Counted from the first letter of the stretch, positions 48,610-59,004 are shown. The stretch is 64,000 nucleotides of DNA from Candidatus Taylorbacteria bacterium RIFCSPHIGHO2_12_FULL_45_16 (GCA_001821055.1 MHRT01000001.1:27868-91867); one strand, 5' to 3'. Notes: a model not told the origin generated them from the sequence alone. A program made the numbers and translations.

Positions 48610-49431
48610 TTAATTATTTATGGTGTTTGTAGTAGTCGCATTGCCTACACCCAAGGCTTTGGCCACGGCCCGGACCACATCAACTAGGGCTTTGTGGGCA
48701 TCTTTGATGGCAATGATGGCGACATTGCCGAATTCACGAGGTTTGATGAGGTCAATAGCGGTGGCGGCCGCGGCACTGTCGGTTGATTCTACGGGTGTAT
48801 AGGATTCCAGTTTTCTGACTGCATTTCCGGCGACGATTATTTTTTCATCAGCGATAATCAGAAGTCTCTTGGCTTCTATCATATTTTTGCCTTCGGAAGT
48901 GGATTTCTCAATACGAGAGTTGATGCGCTCACGGATCTGTTTCAAGTTATGAAGCGAAACATTGAGCTGTTTGATAATCGCTTCTTTGCGGACTTTAAAT
49001 ATGTCTAAGCGCATATCTTTACGGATTTCCCGGCGTTCCATAGTGCTGGAAGCCTCTCTGATGTTCTCCCGAGTTTCCTTGAGAATATCGCTGACATCTT
49101 CACGACGATCATCGCGAATGTCCTTGCGGACCTCGAGAATTTTTGGCTTGGTGGAAGAAGCGATCTTGTTTTCGAGGAGCTTCTTGTTCTTAAGTTCCAG
49201 CTCCTTTCTAGCGTTTTCGCCGTTGACGCGGAGCTGTTCGCGAAGAGCTGCCGGATTTGACATGCCGGGCTTTGGAATTGGAAGAGGTGTTTTGAGGCGA
49301 GTGTCAACGTTTGCCGAAGTCGACGAATCGACTGTCGTATCGCTAGCTCCTTCTTCGGCGCGCACGATTGCTGGCAGAACGGCGATGATGGCCAGAAGAA
49401 CAATGGCATATAAGTAGTAGTGTTTTTTCAT
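48610..49431 (-). CDS. Secreted coiled-coil protein
   Basis: The product has a signal peptide and is Arg/Glu/Lys-rich and helical. Confidence 0.5.
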   Translation of the reverse strand: MKKHYYLYAIVLLAIIAVLPAIVRAEEGASDTTVDSSTSANVDTRLKTPLPIPKPGMSNPAALREQLRVNGENARKELELKNKKLLENKIASSTKPKILEVRKDIRDDRREDVSDILKETRENIREASSTMERREIRKDMRLDIFKVRKEAIIKQLNVSLHNLKQIRERINSRIEKSTSEGKNMIEAKRLLIIADEKIIVAGNAVRKLESYTPVESTDSAAAATAIDLIKPREFGNVAIIAIKDAHKALVDVVRAVAKALGVGNATTTNTINN

Positions 49432-49543
49432 GGTTATGTTTTTATTGGTAAACAGCCGTGATTGCTCACGATAGTATGAATTATATCATGCTTTTGTATG
49501 TCGTGGAACTAGTCAAAAATTATTTTTGGTATAAACTTATGGC

Positions 49544-50059
49544 ATGAATAACGAAATTCTACAGACAATCAGCTCGATTTTCGCTCTGATAGGCGTACCA
49601 GCTACGATAGCGGGCTTTATTTACGTAGGCCGCAAGCTACAAGTCCTCGATACTCTCGCCGAGGACATGGGGAAGGTGAAGCACAACCTCAAAGTCGTCA
49701 CGGATTACCTTACTCGTTATCATCTTCGATTTGATCCCGGCAATCTCAAGGCATTGAGCCCTATCAGTCTGACTGACCAAGGCAATGATTTCATTAAAGA
49801 GCTTGGATTCGATGAGGTATTTGAACAAAACAAAAATGATTTCTTCAATTTCATTGATTCCGAGAACCCAAAATTCAAGTATGATGTTGAGTTGTCAGCG
49901 ATAAAATCGGTATTTTCTCTGGCTGACAGGGATTATATGAGTTTCCTAAAGATTTATCTCTACAACAACCCGAGTCGCACCATCAACGATACAGCACCGA
50001 CGCTGGGAATTTATGTGAGGGACAAGTATCTGGCGGAACATTCGGAGATCAAGGAATAA
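49544..50059 (+). CDS. Hypothetical membrane-anchored protein
   Basis: This 171-aa product has an N-terminal TM helix. Confidence 0.45.
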   Translation: MNNEILQTISSIFALIGVPATIAGFIYVGRKLQVLDTLAEDMGKVKHNLKVVTDYLTRYHLRFDPGNLKALSPISLTDQGNDFIKELGFDEVFEQNKNDFFNFIDSENPKFKYDVELSAIKSVFSLADRDYMSFLKIYLYNNPSRTINDTAPTLGIYVRDKYLAEHSEIKE

Positions 50060-50123
50060 AAAAGTCCCACCATACTTGATTCGGGTGGGTTTGGGGAGTT
50101 GGGGAGAATATGACTGTAGCGAC

Positions 50124-50984
50124 CTACAGTTTTCCCGGCCTTTTCCAATTCTCCTCTGCGAAGTAGCCAACAAACAAAGGGTGATGGAAACTGGAACGAT
50201 TGACCCACAGAAGGAAGGGCTTGTCGATTACCAACGGTGGATCAGATGGTGTGCAACACAGCAGACGTATTCCCATAGAGGCTGCACTTTCGACCTTGGC
50301 TCCGAGCTCGTTCATCCTGAACTTGGTTTGCTGAAGAGCTTGCTCGATGACCCATGGTCCAGCGGAGCTTGTCAGTTTCATACCTTCCATCCAGGAAATA
50401 TCAATTTCCCTGTTGTAATCAATCATCGGGAAGATCGCTCCATCGAATTCCATAGCCGGCTTCATTTCAGTTGAGATGACACCTATCAGCTCCAGCAAGT
50501 CGAACCCAACTGGTGGTTCGCTGAGGATGGTCATTGACACGATGTCTCCATTCTTCGCCTTGACTGAAAGTATGGGGTTATTGGAATGCTTTGACCTGAA
50601 GAAAGAAACACCAGCCTCCAGATAGACAGCAGGGTACATCCTGTTCCTGATGCTAGTAATCCTTCCCGGCTTAATCCACTCGAGAAAAAGCTTGAAGACG
50701 CTAGCGACACCGAAACTTTTGGAGCTCTTCTTGAACTCCTCCAGTTTGATCTGAAAGCCCCGCTCCTCCAAGAATTCATTGATAGTCGAGACGCTTTCCG
50801 ATGCTACTGACTCGATTTCTGGAAGAGCACAGATCTCGCCTCTAGCTCTCATGTAGTATTCCCGGATGAATCTTCTTTGGTCTTTGGTTTGTGGCTGCCA
50901 ATCATCAGAACTGGCACTAGCCATGCTTTCTGCGGCAATGAGACAACCACCGATCGGAGGCAGACATACTGTCATAGTTTTCAT
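50124..50984 (-). CDS. Serpin-like protein, N-terminally short (286 aa)
   Basis: The product carries a hinge/reactive-loop-like segment NELGAKVESAASMGIR and the C-terminal serpin signature VIDKPFLLWVNR...PLFVGYF. It also has an s3A/s4C-like segment VSMTILSEP...LLELIG. Confidence 0.5.
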   Translation of the reverse strand: MKTMTVCLPPIGGCLIAAESMASASSDDWQPQTKDQRRFIREYYMRARGEICALPEIESVASESVSTINEFLEERGFQIKLEEFKKSSKSFGVASVFKLFLEWIKPGRITSIRNRMYPAVYLEAGVSFFRSKHSNNPILSVKAKNGDIVSMTILSEPPVGFDLLELIGVISTEMKPAMEFDGAIFPMIDYNREIDISWMEGMKLTSSAGPWVIEQALQQTKFRMNELGAKVESAASMGIRLLCCTPSDPPLVIDKPFLLWVNRSSFHHPLFVGYFAEENWKRPGKL

Positions 50985-51119
50985 TTCAGTTTCCTATTCT
51001 GTTGCAAAAGTTCACTGCTACACATGCAGTTTTATCATAAGTAGATACATTAGTCAACAAAAACAAAAAAGCCGACCAACTTGGCCGACTTTTTCGCGTG
51101 TTTTTAATTTTTCCAATCA

Positions 51120-53117
51120 CTACACCAAGAACGCCACGATCAACAGCGCCACGATGTTCAAAATCTTGATCATCGGATTGATAGCCGGACCGGCAGTGTC
51201 TTTGTACGGATCGCCGACGGTGTCGCCTGTAACGGCAGCCTTGTGGGCATCGGAGCCTTTGCCGCCATGGGCGCCACCTTCAATATGTTTTTTGGCATTG
51301 TCCCAGGCGCCACCACCTGATGTCATAGAGATGGCCACGAAGAGACCTGTGACTATTGAGCCGACTAAGAGACCGCCGAGAGCAACTGGACCAAGGATGA
51401 AACCAACCAGGATAGGAGCGAGAACAGGGATGAGGGCTGGGATGATCATTTCTTTAATTGCAGCTGAAGTCACGATATCTACACAGCGGGCATAATCAGG
51501 CTTGGCGGTTCCTTGCATGATACCTTTGATCTCACGGAATTGGCGACGGACTTCCTCAACGACTTTGCCAGCGGCCTTGCCAACAGCTTCCATGGAGAGA
51601 GCGGCAAAGTAATATGGCAGAAGTCCGCCAATGAACAGGCCGACAATAATCAATGGGTCGCTCAAATCAAAAGCCATGTCCGGAACGAGATGCGTATATT
51701 CCGCGAAAAGAACGAGAGCGGCCAAGCCGGCGGATCCGATGGCATAGCCCTTGGTGACGGCCTTTGTTGTATTTCCTACTGCGTCTAATGGGTCGGTCAC
51801 ATCGCGGATTTCCTGTGGAAGATGTGCCATTTCAGCGATACCACCAGCGTTATCGGTGATGGGTCCATAAGCATCAATGGCCACGATAATCCCAGCCATC
51901 GAGAGCATAGACATGGCTGCAACAGCAACTCCATAAATTCCGGCGAAATAATAGGCAGCTAGGATTCCAGCCACAATAGTGAGAAGTGGCCAGGCGGTTG
52001 CCTTCATTGAAATGGCTAGACCTTGGATGATGTTGGTTCCATGTCCGGAGACTGAAGCGTTGGCGATGGATTTTACCGGAGCATATTTAGTTGAAGTGTA
52101 GTATTCGGTGATCACCACTAAAAGTGCAGTAACAATGAGACCAACAAGAGTACAACCGAAGAGGTTGGCGACACTATATGTTCCATTTTCGCCCATGATC
52201 CAAGAAGTAATAGGGTAAAAGATGATGGCAGCCAGAACGCCGGCAACTGTCAAGCCTTTGTACATGGCACCCATGATATTTGGCGTCACGCCCTCCTTTG
52301 TTTTACTCATGCGGACGAACCAGGTGCCGATAATGGAAGCGATGATGGCGATACCGCCTAGAGCCAATGGGTACATTAGTGCGCCATCAAATCCTTTGAA
52401 GAGGGAAGCGCCAAGCATCATAGTGGCAATCGTGGTGACGGCATAAGTCTCAAAAAGGTCCGCAGCCATGCCCGCGCAGTCTCCAACATTGTCTCCAACA
52501 TTGTCAGCGATGACTCCGGGATTTCTCGGATCATCTTCCGGAATGCCGGCCTCAACTTTTCCCACAAGGTCAGTGCCGACATCGGCGGCCTTGGTGAAAA
52601 TGCCTCCGCCGAGACGAGCGAAGACGGAAATGAGAGAAGCGCCAAAGGCCAGACCGACGAGTGAGGAGACGTCTTGGGTGATGGTATAGAACACAGTTAC
52701 ACCGAGAAGTGCCAGACCGACAACGAAAAGACCGGTGACAGCTCCGCCATTGAAGGCCAGTGAAAGTGCCGCGCCGAGACCTTTGCGAGCCGCTTCGGTA
52801 GTGCGGATGTTGGAACGGACAGAAACATTCATGCCGATGTAGCCGGCGAGTGCCGACAAGACGGCTCCGACGATGAATCCGACGGCAATAGTAATGCCCA
52901 GAGTCAACCAGAGAACGATGAAAAGGACCACGGCAATCAGGGTGATGGTTTTGTACTGTCTGTTCAAATAAGCTTTGGCACCGGCTTGAATAGCAGCGGC
53001 AATTTCTTTCATTTTGTCATTGCCTGTCGGCTTCTTCATGATCGAAGAGATCAAAAATGTGCCATAGCCGAGAGCGAGACCCGAGCTGATAAGGGCGAAC
53101 CAGATGTAGATGGACAT
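51120..53117 (-). CDS. hppA: Membrane-bound proton/sodium-translocating pyrophosphatase
   Basis: The 665-aa polytopic product carries V-PPase motifs ([19 protein letters not shown] and DNVGDNVGD). Confidence 0.95.
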   Translation of the reverse strand: MSIYIWFALISSGLALGYGTFLISSIMKKPTGNDKMKEIAAAIQAGAKAYLNRQYKTITLIAVVLFIVLWLTLGITIAVGFIVGAVLSALAGYIGMNVSVRSNIRTTEAARKGLGAALSLAFNGGAVTGLFVVGLALLGVTVFYTITQDVSSLVGLAFGASLISVFARLGGGIFTKAADVGTDLVGKVEAGIPEDDPRNPGVIADNVGDNVGDCAGMAADLFETYAVTTIATMMLGASLFKGFDGALMYPLALGGIAIIASIIGTWFVRMSKTKEGVTPNIMGAMYKGLTVAGVLAAIIFYPITSWIMGENGTYSVANLFGCTLVGLIVTALLVVITEYYTSTKYAPVKSIANASVSGHGTNIIQGLAISMKATAWPLLTIVAGILAAYYFAGIYGVAVAAMSMLSMAGIIVAIDAYGPITDNAGGIAEMAHLPQEIRDVTDPLDAVGNTTKAVTKGYAIGSAGLAALVLFAEYTHLVPDMAFDLSDPLIIVGLFIGGLLPYYFAALSMEAVGKAAGKVVEEVRRQFREIKGIMQGTAKPDYARCVDIVTSAAIKEMIIPALIPVLAPILVGFILGPVALGGLLVGSIVTGLFVAISMTSGGGAWDNAKKHIEGGAHGGKGSDAHKAAVTGDTVGDPYKDTAGPAINPMIKILNIVALLIVAFLV

Positions 53118-53489
53118 GGGTGTGTGACGTTGATTTTAGTAAGGACTTCTAATATTTTTACAATGGGTCAAATATAGAGTAAAAATTGTGTTTATGCAAG
53201 GAAAGGACATTTTATGGTGCGTGTTCATTTGCTTGACGTTAGAAATCTTTTTGTGTAGGCTTGCGGTAAGGGTTATTTGCTGGATAGAGGGGGATGAAAG
53301 CTCTTGTTGCAATAGTCAAAAGTACACTGGCTTGGTAGCAACAATAAACCATTTGAGACTGTGGCGTATCCGCATTCGATTTTGGGAGCATGTTAATAAC
53401 CACGCCCTCACTTACGAAAGTTTCACGTCCTGCCGAGAAGGATCGCGGAAAACCCGATGGCGTGTCCCATAAGGAGCGCCATTTTTATT

Positions 53490-53780
53490 TTACGCCAATC
53501 TGACTTCCTTTCCGAAAACCTTGGCGATGCGATAGAGGGTAGTGAGTGTAAATGAGTGTCGGCCGCTCTCGAGGCGGGCAATAACAGACTGGGGCATGCC
53601 AGCCTTCTTGGCGAGAGTAGCTTGGCTCATCTTCTTGGCTTGGCGTGCTTCGCGGATCTGTCGGATCATGCTGTGACGTATGAGGCTTTCCTCGTGTGCT
53701 TTGCGAAAAGCTGGAGATTTCAAGTGTTTTGCTAACACTTCTTCCCACGTATATAGTTTGTGATCGCCGATAATTTTCAT
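53490..53780 (-). CDS. higA: HigA-like XRE-family HTH antitoxin
   Basis: The product carries the HTH MSQATLAKKAGMPQSVIARLESG. Its start overlaps the stop of the upstream toxin gene by 4 nt. Confidence 0.7.
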   Translation of the reverse strand: MKIIGDHKLYTWEEVLAKHLKSPAFRKAHEESLIRHSMIRQIREARQAKKMSQATLAKKAGMPQSVIARLESGRHSFTLTTLYRIAKVFGKEVRLA

Positions 53781-54094
53781 ATTATTTTTTTATTAATTTC
53801 CTTTAATAATAAGGCGTATAGTTTTTGTGCCATCTTGACTTCATTTCGGGGAGTTTTTACAGTTTTCTTTTGGAATGCAGTTAGTATATACACAGTTGAA
53901 TATTCAATACAAAACAAAACTCTGTAGGAACTTACTCGCAACTCTTTTATGGGTCCCCTGACTTCTTTTAAATATATTTGCTCAAAGTTTTCATCACTCA
54001 ATGCAGTGATCGCTTCACGAATTTTGTGACGATTTTCGTTATCTAGTGAATCAAAAAACTCTCTAGGACGTTCGAACCATGATATATTCAGCAT
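53777..54094 (-). CDS. higB: HigB/RelE-superfamily toxin
   Basis: This 105-aa RelE/ParE-fold-like protein sits upstream of the HTH antitoxin, the higBA gene order. Confidence 0.6.
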   Translation of the reverse strand: MLNISWFERPREFFDSLDNENRHKIREAITALSDENFEQIYLKEVRGPIKELRVSSYRVLFCIEYSTVYILTAFQKKTVKTPRNEVKMAQKLYALLLKEINKKII

Positions 54095-54312
54095 TTTTGT
54101 TGCCGGTGATATTCATGACAAGATATGCAGGTATCTTCCTTTGGCGCCTAGGAGTGAGTATAGCAAAATTGCTATATCTGTCAAGGTTCATTTTTCGCTA
54201 TCCAACGAGCTGGGCTTATTTGTCACAAAACTTGACAAAATGAGTTACAATGTGCTATAATACTTAACTCATAGTCATCCTCGGTTCCTCAAGCCGGCAG
54301 AAAGGCTGACAT

Positions 54313-54753
54313 ATGAAAAGAGTACTTGTAGTAGTACTGCTCGTTGCAATAATGAACGTCACCGCAAACTGCGCCCCAGCTAGCAAGGCGCCTTCGGTAA
54401 ACCGGCTGATCGCCGCTCTGATCGAAGTGGAATCGCATGGAAACGACCAAGCGATCGGTGACAAACATATGAAGGAAAAGGCGTATGGGGCACTGCAAAT
54501 CCGCAAGCCCTGCGTTCTAGATGTGAATCAGCGCCTCGGTACCAAGCACCGTCCGGAAGACATGCTCGGTAACCGCTCCCTGTCAGTGAAAGTCTGTCGT
54601 ACATACCTTGAACGGTATGCGAACAGAAAAGCACTGGGGAGAGAGCCAACGTTAGAAGACTTGGCTCGCATATGGAATGGAGGACCTATGGGCTGGAGGA
54701 AGCAAAGTACCCTCGGCTATTGGTCCAAAGTAGAGAAGGCTCTGGAAAGATAG
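54313..54753 (+). CDS. Lytic transglycosylase (SLT domain), secreted
   Basis: The product has a signal peptide, then the active-site context LIEVESHGN and YGALQI (GLMQ-like). Confidence 0.65.
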   Translation: MKRVLVVVLLVAIMNVTANCAPASKAPSVNRLIAALIEVESHGNDQAIGDKHMKEKAYGALQIRKPCVLDVNQRLGTKHRPEDMLGNRSLSVKVCRTYLERYANRKALGREPTLEDLARIWNGGPMGWRKQSTLGYWSKVEKALER

Positions 54754-54848
54754 AGCAAACTAGCATCCCGTTAATAGTCGCGCCGCCACCGAGTATCCTC
54801 GGGGCGGCGCTTTCACTTTTTTCAAAGAAGCGTTATAGTTTAGATATC

Positions 54849-55070
54849 ATGACGGACCTGAATAGACAATTTCTTTTGTTTCTGGGGAAAAATATTCGCC
54901 GGCTTCGCGAACACAGAAATATTTCGCAGGAGGAATTCGGTGAGATCGTAGGAGTGCACAGGACATATGTCGGTATGATTGAAAGAGGAGAGAAAAACAT
55001 CACTATTTTCAGTTTGAGAAAATTTGCCGAGGCGCTCGGCGTAAGAGTCAAGGACTTGATTGATTTCTAG
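54849..55070 (+). CDS. XRE-family HTH transcriptional regulator
   Basis: The product carries the HTH ISQEEFGEIVGVHRTYVGMIERGEKN. I placed the start at the internal ATG at 54849. Confidence 0.65.
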   Translation: MTDLNRQFLLFLGKNIRRLREHRNISQEEFGEIVGVHRTYVGMIERGEKNITIFSLRKFAEALGVRVKDLIDF

Positions 55071-55210
55071 CGTTACTGGCGCTACTTATAGTTATCCACA
55101 GGTCAAGTTTGTGCAACCCTTGACTCTTTTTCGTAATTGGCTATGATATCCATAGATAGCGCTAACTATAGTATTCATAACGAATATGAGGCGCTAATGG
55201 AGAACTTCCT

Positions 55211-55342
55211 ATGCCTGAAGGTAATTGTGACGGTGATGGTCAGAAAATAGTGAAGCTGAAGCTTCGTGGAGATGATTCGGATGACGAGCCACAGATTTGG
55301 CTATTCAAGACCGAACCTAAAGTGCCGCCTGACCGCAGATGA
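55211..55342 (+). CDS. Small acidic ORF (43 aa), speculative
   Basis: A GGAG sits 8 nt upstream of the ATG. The translation is MPEGNCDGDGQKIVKLKLRGDDSDDEPQIWLFKTEPKVPPDRR. Confidence 0.2.
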   Translation: MPEGNCDGDGQKIVKLKLRGDDSDDEPQIWLFKTEPKVPPDRR

Positions 55343-55423
55343 TTTGCCTCAATGAGGTAGAGTCGCTGGGTATTTGATTCCCAGGGTTCGTTATAATAGC
55401 AACAACAATAGTTCCTTGATCTT

Positions 55424-55540
55424 ATGAAGATTACGGAGAATGGTTCTGGCGGTCACGGAAACGGCAATGCTGGTTCTGGTGGTCAATCCGGAGGTCACGG
55501 TGGCTCCTCGGGTGGAGGTAGCGGCATCCGTGGCAAGTAA
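55424..55540 (+). CDS. Gly/His/Ser/Asn-rich 38-aa peptide gene (candidate small secreted or modified peptide)
   Basis: The translation is MKITENGSGGHGNGNAGSGGQSGGHGGSSGGGSGIRGK. It is followed by the hairpin GGAGGAG-TCTCAGG-CTCCTCC and a T-rich tract before the next ORF. Confidence 0.35.
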   Translation: MKITENGSGGHGNGNAGSGGQSGGHGGSSGGGSGIRGK

Positions 55541-55580
55541 CAATCAAGGAGGAGTCTCAGGCTCCTCCCCCTTTAATTTT

Positions 55581-55934
55581 ATGAAGACAAAAATTACCAA
55601 AAATAAATATCCGCTGGTAAAAGTTGTTTGGCGCGATTCAAACATATACCGTCTGCAAGATTCGGTCGAATATGCTTTGGATAATTACGCCATTGAAATC
55701 ATCACTACTGTTGGTTTTCTTATTGGTTATCAGGACAAGAATCCTATACTTGTCAGGGATCTTTTGAATAAAAATATTGATCAGAGATGTTCTGTGGTCA
55801 TACCTGTAGAAAATATAGTGAATTTGGTGAAAGTAAAAATGGCAGGTGGTGGAGACGCTTACAATGATGATGGTTTAGCATGGTTACCAAAAACTGAGGC
55901 GAAGATATCTCCCAAACAAAAATCCCAAAGCTAG
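55581..55934 (+). CDS. Hypothetical protein downstream of the Gly-rich peptide
   Basis: This 117-aa product begins MKTKITKNKYPLVKVVWRDSNIYRL. I recognise no family. Confidence 0.4.
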   Translation: MKTKITKNKYPLVKVVWRDSNIYRLQDSVEYALDNYAIEIITTVGFLIGYQDKNPILVRDLLNKNIDQRCSVVIPVENIVNLVKVKMAGGGDAYNDDGLAWLPKTEAKISPKQKSQS

Positions 55935-55974
55935 CTTTGGGATTTTTGTAGCTTTGGTCGGCTGGAGTGTTAGA

Positions 55975-57249
55975 TTATTCAGTAGTTTTTTCTTTATTTT
56001 CTTTCGCAGAAGTTTCCTTCACCTCTTCTTTCGATGCTTGAACCTTCTCGACTTTTTCGTCCGTCTCAGCGTTTTTTGTTTCAACTGATTCGGCGGCTAC
56101 TTCCTCTTCATTTTCCTCACCTTCATCATCCCCTTCATCTCCGGCGGACTTGATGTCTATCTTCCAGCCGGTGAGTTTGGCAGCGAGACGGACATTCTGA
56201 CCACCCTTGCCGATGGCCAGAGACTGCTCATCTTCGGTAACCGTGACGATGGCACGGTGAGCTTTCTCGTCCAATTCAATGGAAATAACCTCGGCAGGTG
56301 AGAGAGCTTCTTCAATAAAGAGGGCGGGATCCTCATTCCATTCAATAATGTCAATCTTTTCTCCTGACAATTCGCTGGTGACAGTGGAGACACGGACGCC
56401 GCGCTGACCGACCATGGAGCCAATGGGGTCAATGTGTGGATCATGGGAGACAACGGCAATCTTTGAGCGAGAACCGGCCTCGCGGGCAATGCCCTTGATT
56501 TCGACTGTACCAGAAGCGATCTCTGGAGCTTCAGTTTCAAAAAGTTTTGCCAGGAATTTTGGATGAGCTCGGGAAAGTTTGAGGACGATGCCCTTCGGAG
56601 TTTCCTCGACGGCATAGAGATATGCGCGAATGCGGTCGCCCGTCTTCCAACGCTCACTCGGGATTTGTTCTTCATAGGCAATCATTCCGACCGCGCGACC
56701 CATATTGATGTGAACGATGCCACGCTCGACGCGTTCCACGGTGCCGGCGACAATCTCGCCTTCCTTGGCGCCGTATTCACTCATGACTGAGACTTTCTCG
56801 GCCTCGCGGATCTTCTGAATGATGATCTGCTTGGCGGTCTGGGCGGCAATGCGACCGAAGTCAGCCTTCATCTCCAGAGGGAAGACGAGCTCTTCTCCGA
56901 TCTCTGCGTTCTTTTTGATCTTCTTGGCGTCTTCGATGAGCATGTGCTGTTCCGGATTGAAGCGAATCTTGATGTCATCAACATTGGCTTCCTTGAGATC
57001 GATCTCCTCTTCCTCGTCACCCTCCATGATGACTTGGTTGCGGTCAACAACGACTTTCACCTGCCAGAATTCCACTCCGCCGGTGTTCTGATCGAATGAG
57101 GCGCGGACAATCTGCCCCTTCTTGCCGTACTCTTTCTTGTAGGCGGTGGCCAGGGACATGGCGATAGCTTCGAGAGTCTTTTCGCGCGGAATGCCACGTT
57201 CTTCCTCGAGCTGCTGGACGACTGAATTTATTACTTTAAGGTCAAACAT
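55975..57249 (-). CDS. nusA: Transcription termination/antitermination factor NusA
   Basis: The product has an N-terminal domain, an S1 domain and two KH domains, plus an acidic/Lys-rich C-terminal tail. Confidence 0.9.
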   Translation of the reverse strand: MFDLKVINSVVQQLEEERGIPREKTLEAIAMSLATAYKKEYGKKGQIVRASFDQNTGGVEFWQVKVVVDRNQVIMEGDEEEEIDLKEANVDDIKIRFNPEQHMLIEDAKKIKKNAEIGEELVFPLEMKADFGRIAAQTAKQIIIQKIREAEKVSVMSEYGAKEGEIVAGTVERVERGIVHINMGRAVGMIAYEEQIPSERWKTGDRIRAYLYAVEETPKGIVLKLSRAHPKFLAKLFETEAPEIASGTVEIKGIAREAGSRSKIAVVSHDPHIDPIGSMVGQRGVRVSTVTSELSGEKIDIIEWNEDPALFIEEALSPAEVISIELDEKAHRAIVTVTEDEQSLAIGKGGQNVRLAAKLTGWKIDIKSAGDEGDDEGEENEEEVAAESVETKNAETDEKVEKVQASKEEVKETSAKENKEKTTE

Positions 57250-57431
57250 ATATTTAGTTGTTATTGATTTGTTATTAAGTTTTGAAAAAAGTCCGCCGGT
57301 CTGGCGAACTAGTCATGGGGGAAGTGTAGCACGGTTTGGTGGTAGGCGCAAGACTAATTGGTTTCTACAATCTTGTCCCTCACCCACCATTGCTTTATCG
57401 GGAGCATACCTCTATAATCGAACCCAATATC

Positions 57432-57680
57432 ATGCCCACATTATTTGGAGAACAGCTGAAAAAAGAGAGAAAGAAAAAAGGTCTGACTGCTGGAGGGCTT
57501 TCCGTATTGTGGGGAGTTTCTCGTAGCTACATTACCTTGATCGAGACAGGCAAACGTCTGCCGGGGAAAAAACATATTTCTAAAATCGCGATTGCTTTGG
57601 GATTGAAGACTGGCATGGTTCTAAATTGGTATTTTGAGCACATCAGTCACAGCATACAAAGTCATTCAGACAACTCCTAA
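57432..57680 (+). CDS. XRE-family HTH regulator
   Basis: The product carries the HTH LTAGGLSVLWGVSRSYITLIETGKRLP. Confidence 0.6.
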   Translation: MPTLFGEQLKKERKKKGLTAGGLSVLWGVSRSYITLIETGKRLPGKKHISKIAIALGLKTGMVLNWYFEHISHSIQSHSDNS

Positions 57681-57798
57681 CCCAAAGATAATATAGCTGT
57701 GTGGCATGCCAAATCTATATTCTGACCTGTAGATGACAATCTCCAGTTATAGTCATACGACTATGGCTCCGCTCGCATGATCGTGGGTTATCCACACA

Positions 57799-57836
57799 TT
57801 GTAATGTTACAAATCTGTTACATTTGAGATATACTA
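57799..57836 (+). promoter_or_regulatory. Palindromic operator-like site overlapping a candidate sigma70-like promoter
   Basis: The sequence TTGTAA-TG-TTACAA is a 14-nt palindrome, with a direct TGTTACA repeat. A candidate -35 TTACAA and -10 TATACT (18-nt spacer) lie upstream of the secreted-protein gene. Confidence 0.4.
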
Positions 57837-57933
57837 TCATCGGATTAGAAGCGCTTCTCGGTTATTTCCGGAATGAGCGGGTCGACTGCCACAGAGCATG
57901 TCGATTTCCATAACGACAGAACATCGAAATATC

Positions 57934-59004
57934 ATGAAAAAGGTCCGCGAAATTATTGCGGTGCTCTGTCTGAGCGCCGTTCTATCATTCATTCCTTCTG
58001 CTGTATTTGGACAGGAGGCCATCGATGTAATGGTGAGGGTATATCAGGCCGCCGCCGTAGACACATCAGAGCCCCCATTCATCATATGGCGAGATGGAGT
58101 TATCTGCGAACTGGCCACCTTTGGCTACCCGAGCACAAATGCCGCACGAGCTGCAAGTCCGAGCAATCGCGAAATATCACCAGTTTTCCAGGTGAGCGAC
58201 ATGTGCGTACCCTCAACCAATTTTTTCGATCGGGGGGTTTTCAATCCTCTGCCACCGAATCAAACACGCCGAGGAAATCGGCCATACAGTTTGCTGATAT
58301 TGACGGGCATCAACGGCAAGGTTTCCCAAAGCCGTGTCTCGTACGAAGTTATATGTGGAATCACAAACTATAACAACTCCGCATCATTAGCTGGTCTGCC
58401 CTATAGCGTAAGTCGAGCAGGCAAAGACGTTGGCGGAGTTCTCAAGACCACAGGCCCGGGAACCGATCTTGTGGACACTTTCATATTCATTGGGGCTAGA
58501 TTTGGGGCGACAGTGAATGTGCCAGAAGAATTGGCCATCCTCAACAATGCGATCGCGGGATTGCCGGGCGGATATATGCCAGTGACTGTCGTCTACAAGT
58601 ACGTCTTGTTTACAGGCTCGACCATAAGTCGGAGTTTCAGTCTAAGAGTGTATCCGGATGGAATGATACCTCGGGCGTACAATAAACTGTGGATTTTTCC
58701 TACACCAAGATCAGACAGTTTTTTCGTGTCCTTGGTAGGACCAGCCAATTCATCTCCGATGACTTTGTTATCAAACAGTGTTCTCGGGACATGGAACGCT
58801 ATGGGAACGGCGTCAGAGGGTAGTTCGTTCGTGATGAGGACTGATGTTGGTTCTGGATTCTTCAGTTTCAGAGTCGATGCCTCTGGGGCACGTTCTGTTG
58901 ACAGTGGAATCATCCCTCTTAAGACTGTAATCTTTCCAATTACTGTAAGAGGAGTTCTTCCAGCGGCGAATGGGGGTCTCGAGATCGATCAGGATTCCCA
59001 ATAA
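57934..59004 (+). CDS. Secreted hypothetical protein
   Basis: The product has a signal peptide (MKKVREIIAVLCLSAVLSFIPSAVFGQ) and a beta-rich body. It is 356 aa. Confidence 0.55.
   Translation: MKKVREIIAVLCLSAVLSFIPSAVFGQEAIDVMVRVYQAAAVDTSEPPFIIWRDGVICELATFGYPSTNAARAASPSNREISPVFQVSDMCVPSTNFFDRGVFNPLPPNQTRRGNRPYSLLILTGINGKVSQSRVSYEVICGITNYNNSASLAGLPYSVSRAGKDVGGVLKTTGPGTDLVDTFIFIGARFGATVNVPEELAILNNAIAGLPGGYMPVTVVYKYVLFTGSTISRSFSLRVYPDGMIPRAYNKLWIFPTPRSDSFFVSLVGPANSSPMTLLSNSVLGTWNAMGTASEGSSFVMRTDVGSGFFSFRVDASGARSVDSGIIPLKTVIFPITVRGVLPAANGGLEIDQDSQ

Noticed and set aside
33934-57796. Additional perfect DnaA-box 9-mers outside the origin (33934-33942, 55102-55110, 57788-57796)
   Set aside because: About 0.5 occurrences of a given 9-mer are expected by chance per 64 kb on both strands, so three extra copies is only mildly elevated. 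They are not clustered, and I treat them as chance or weak regulatory sites.
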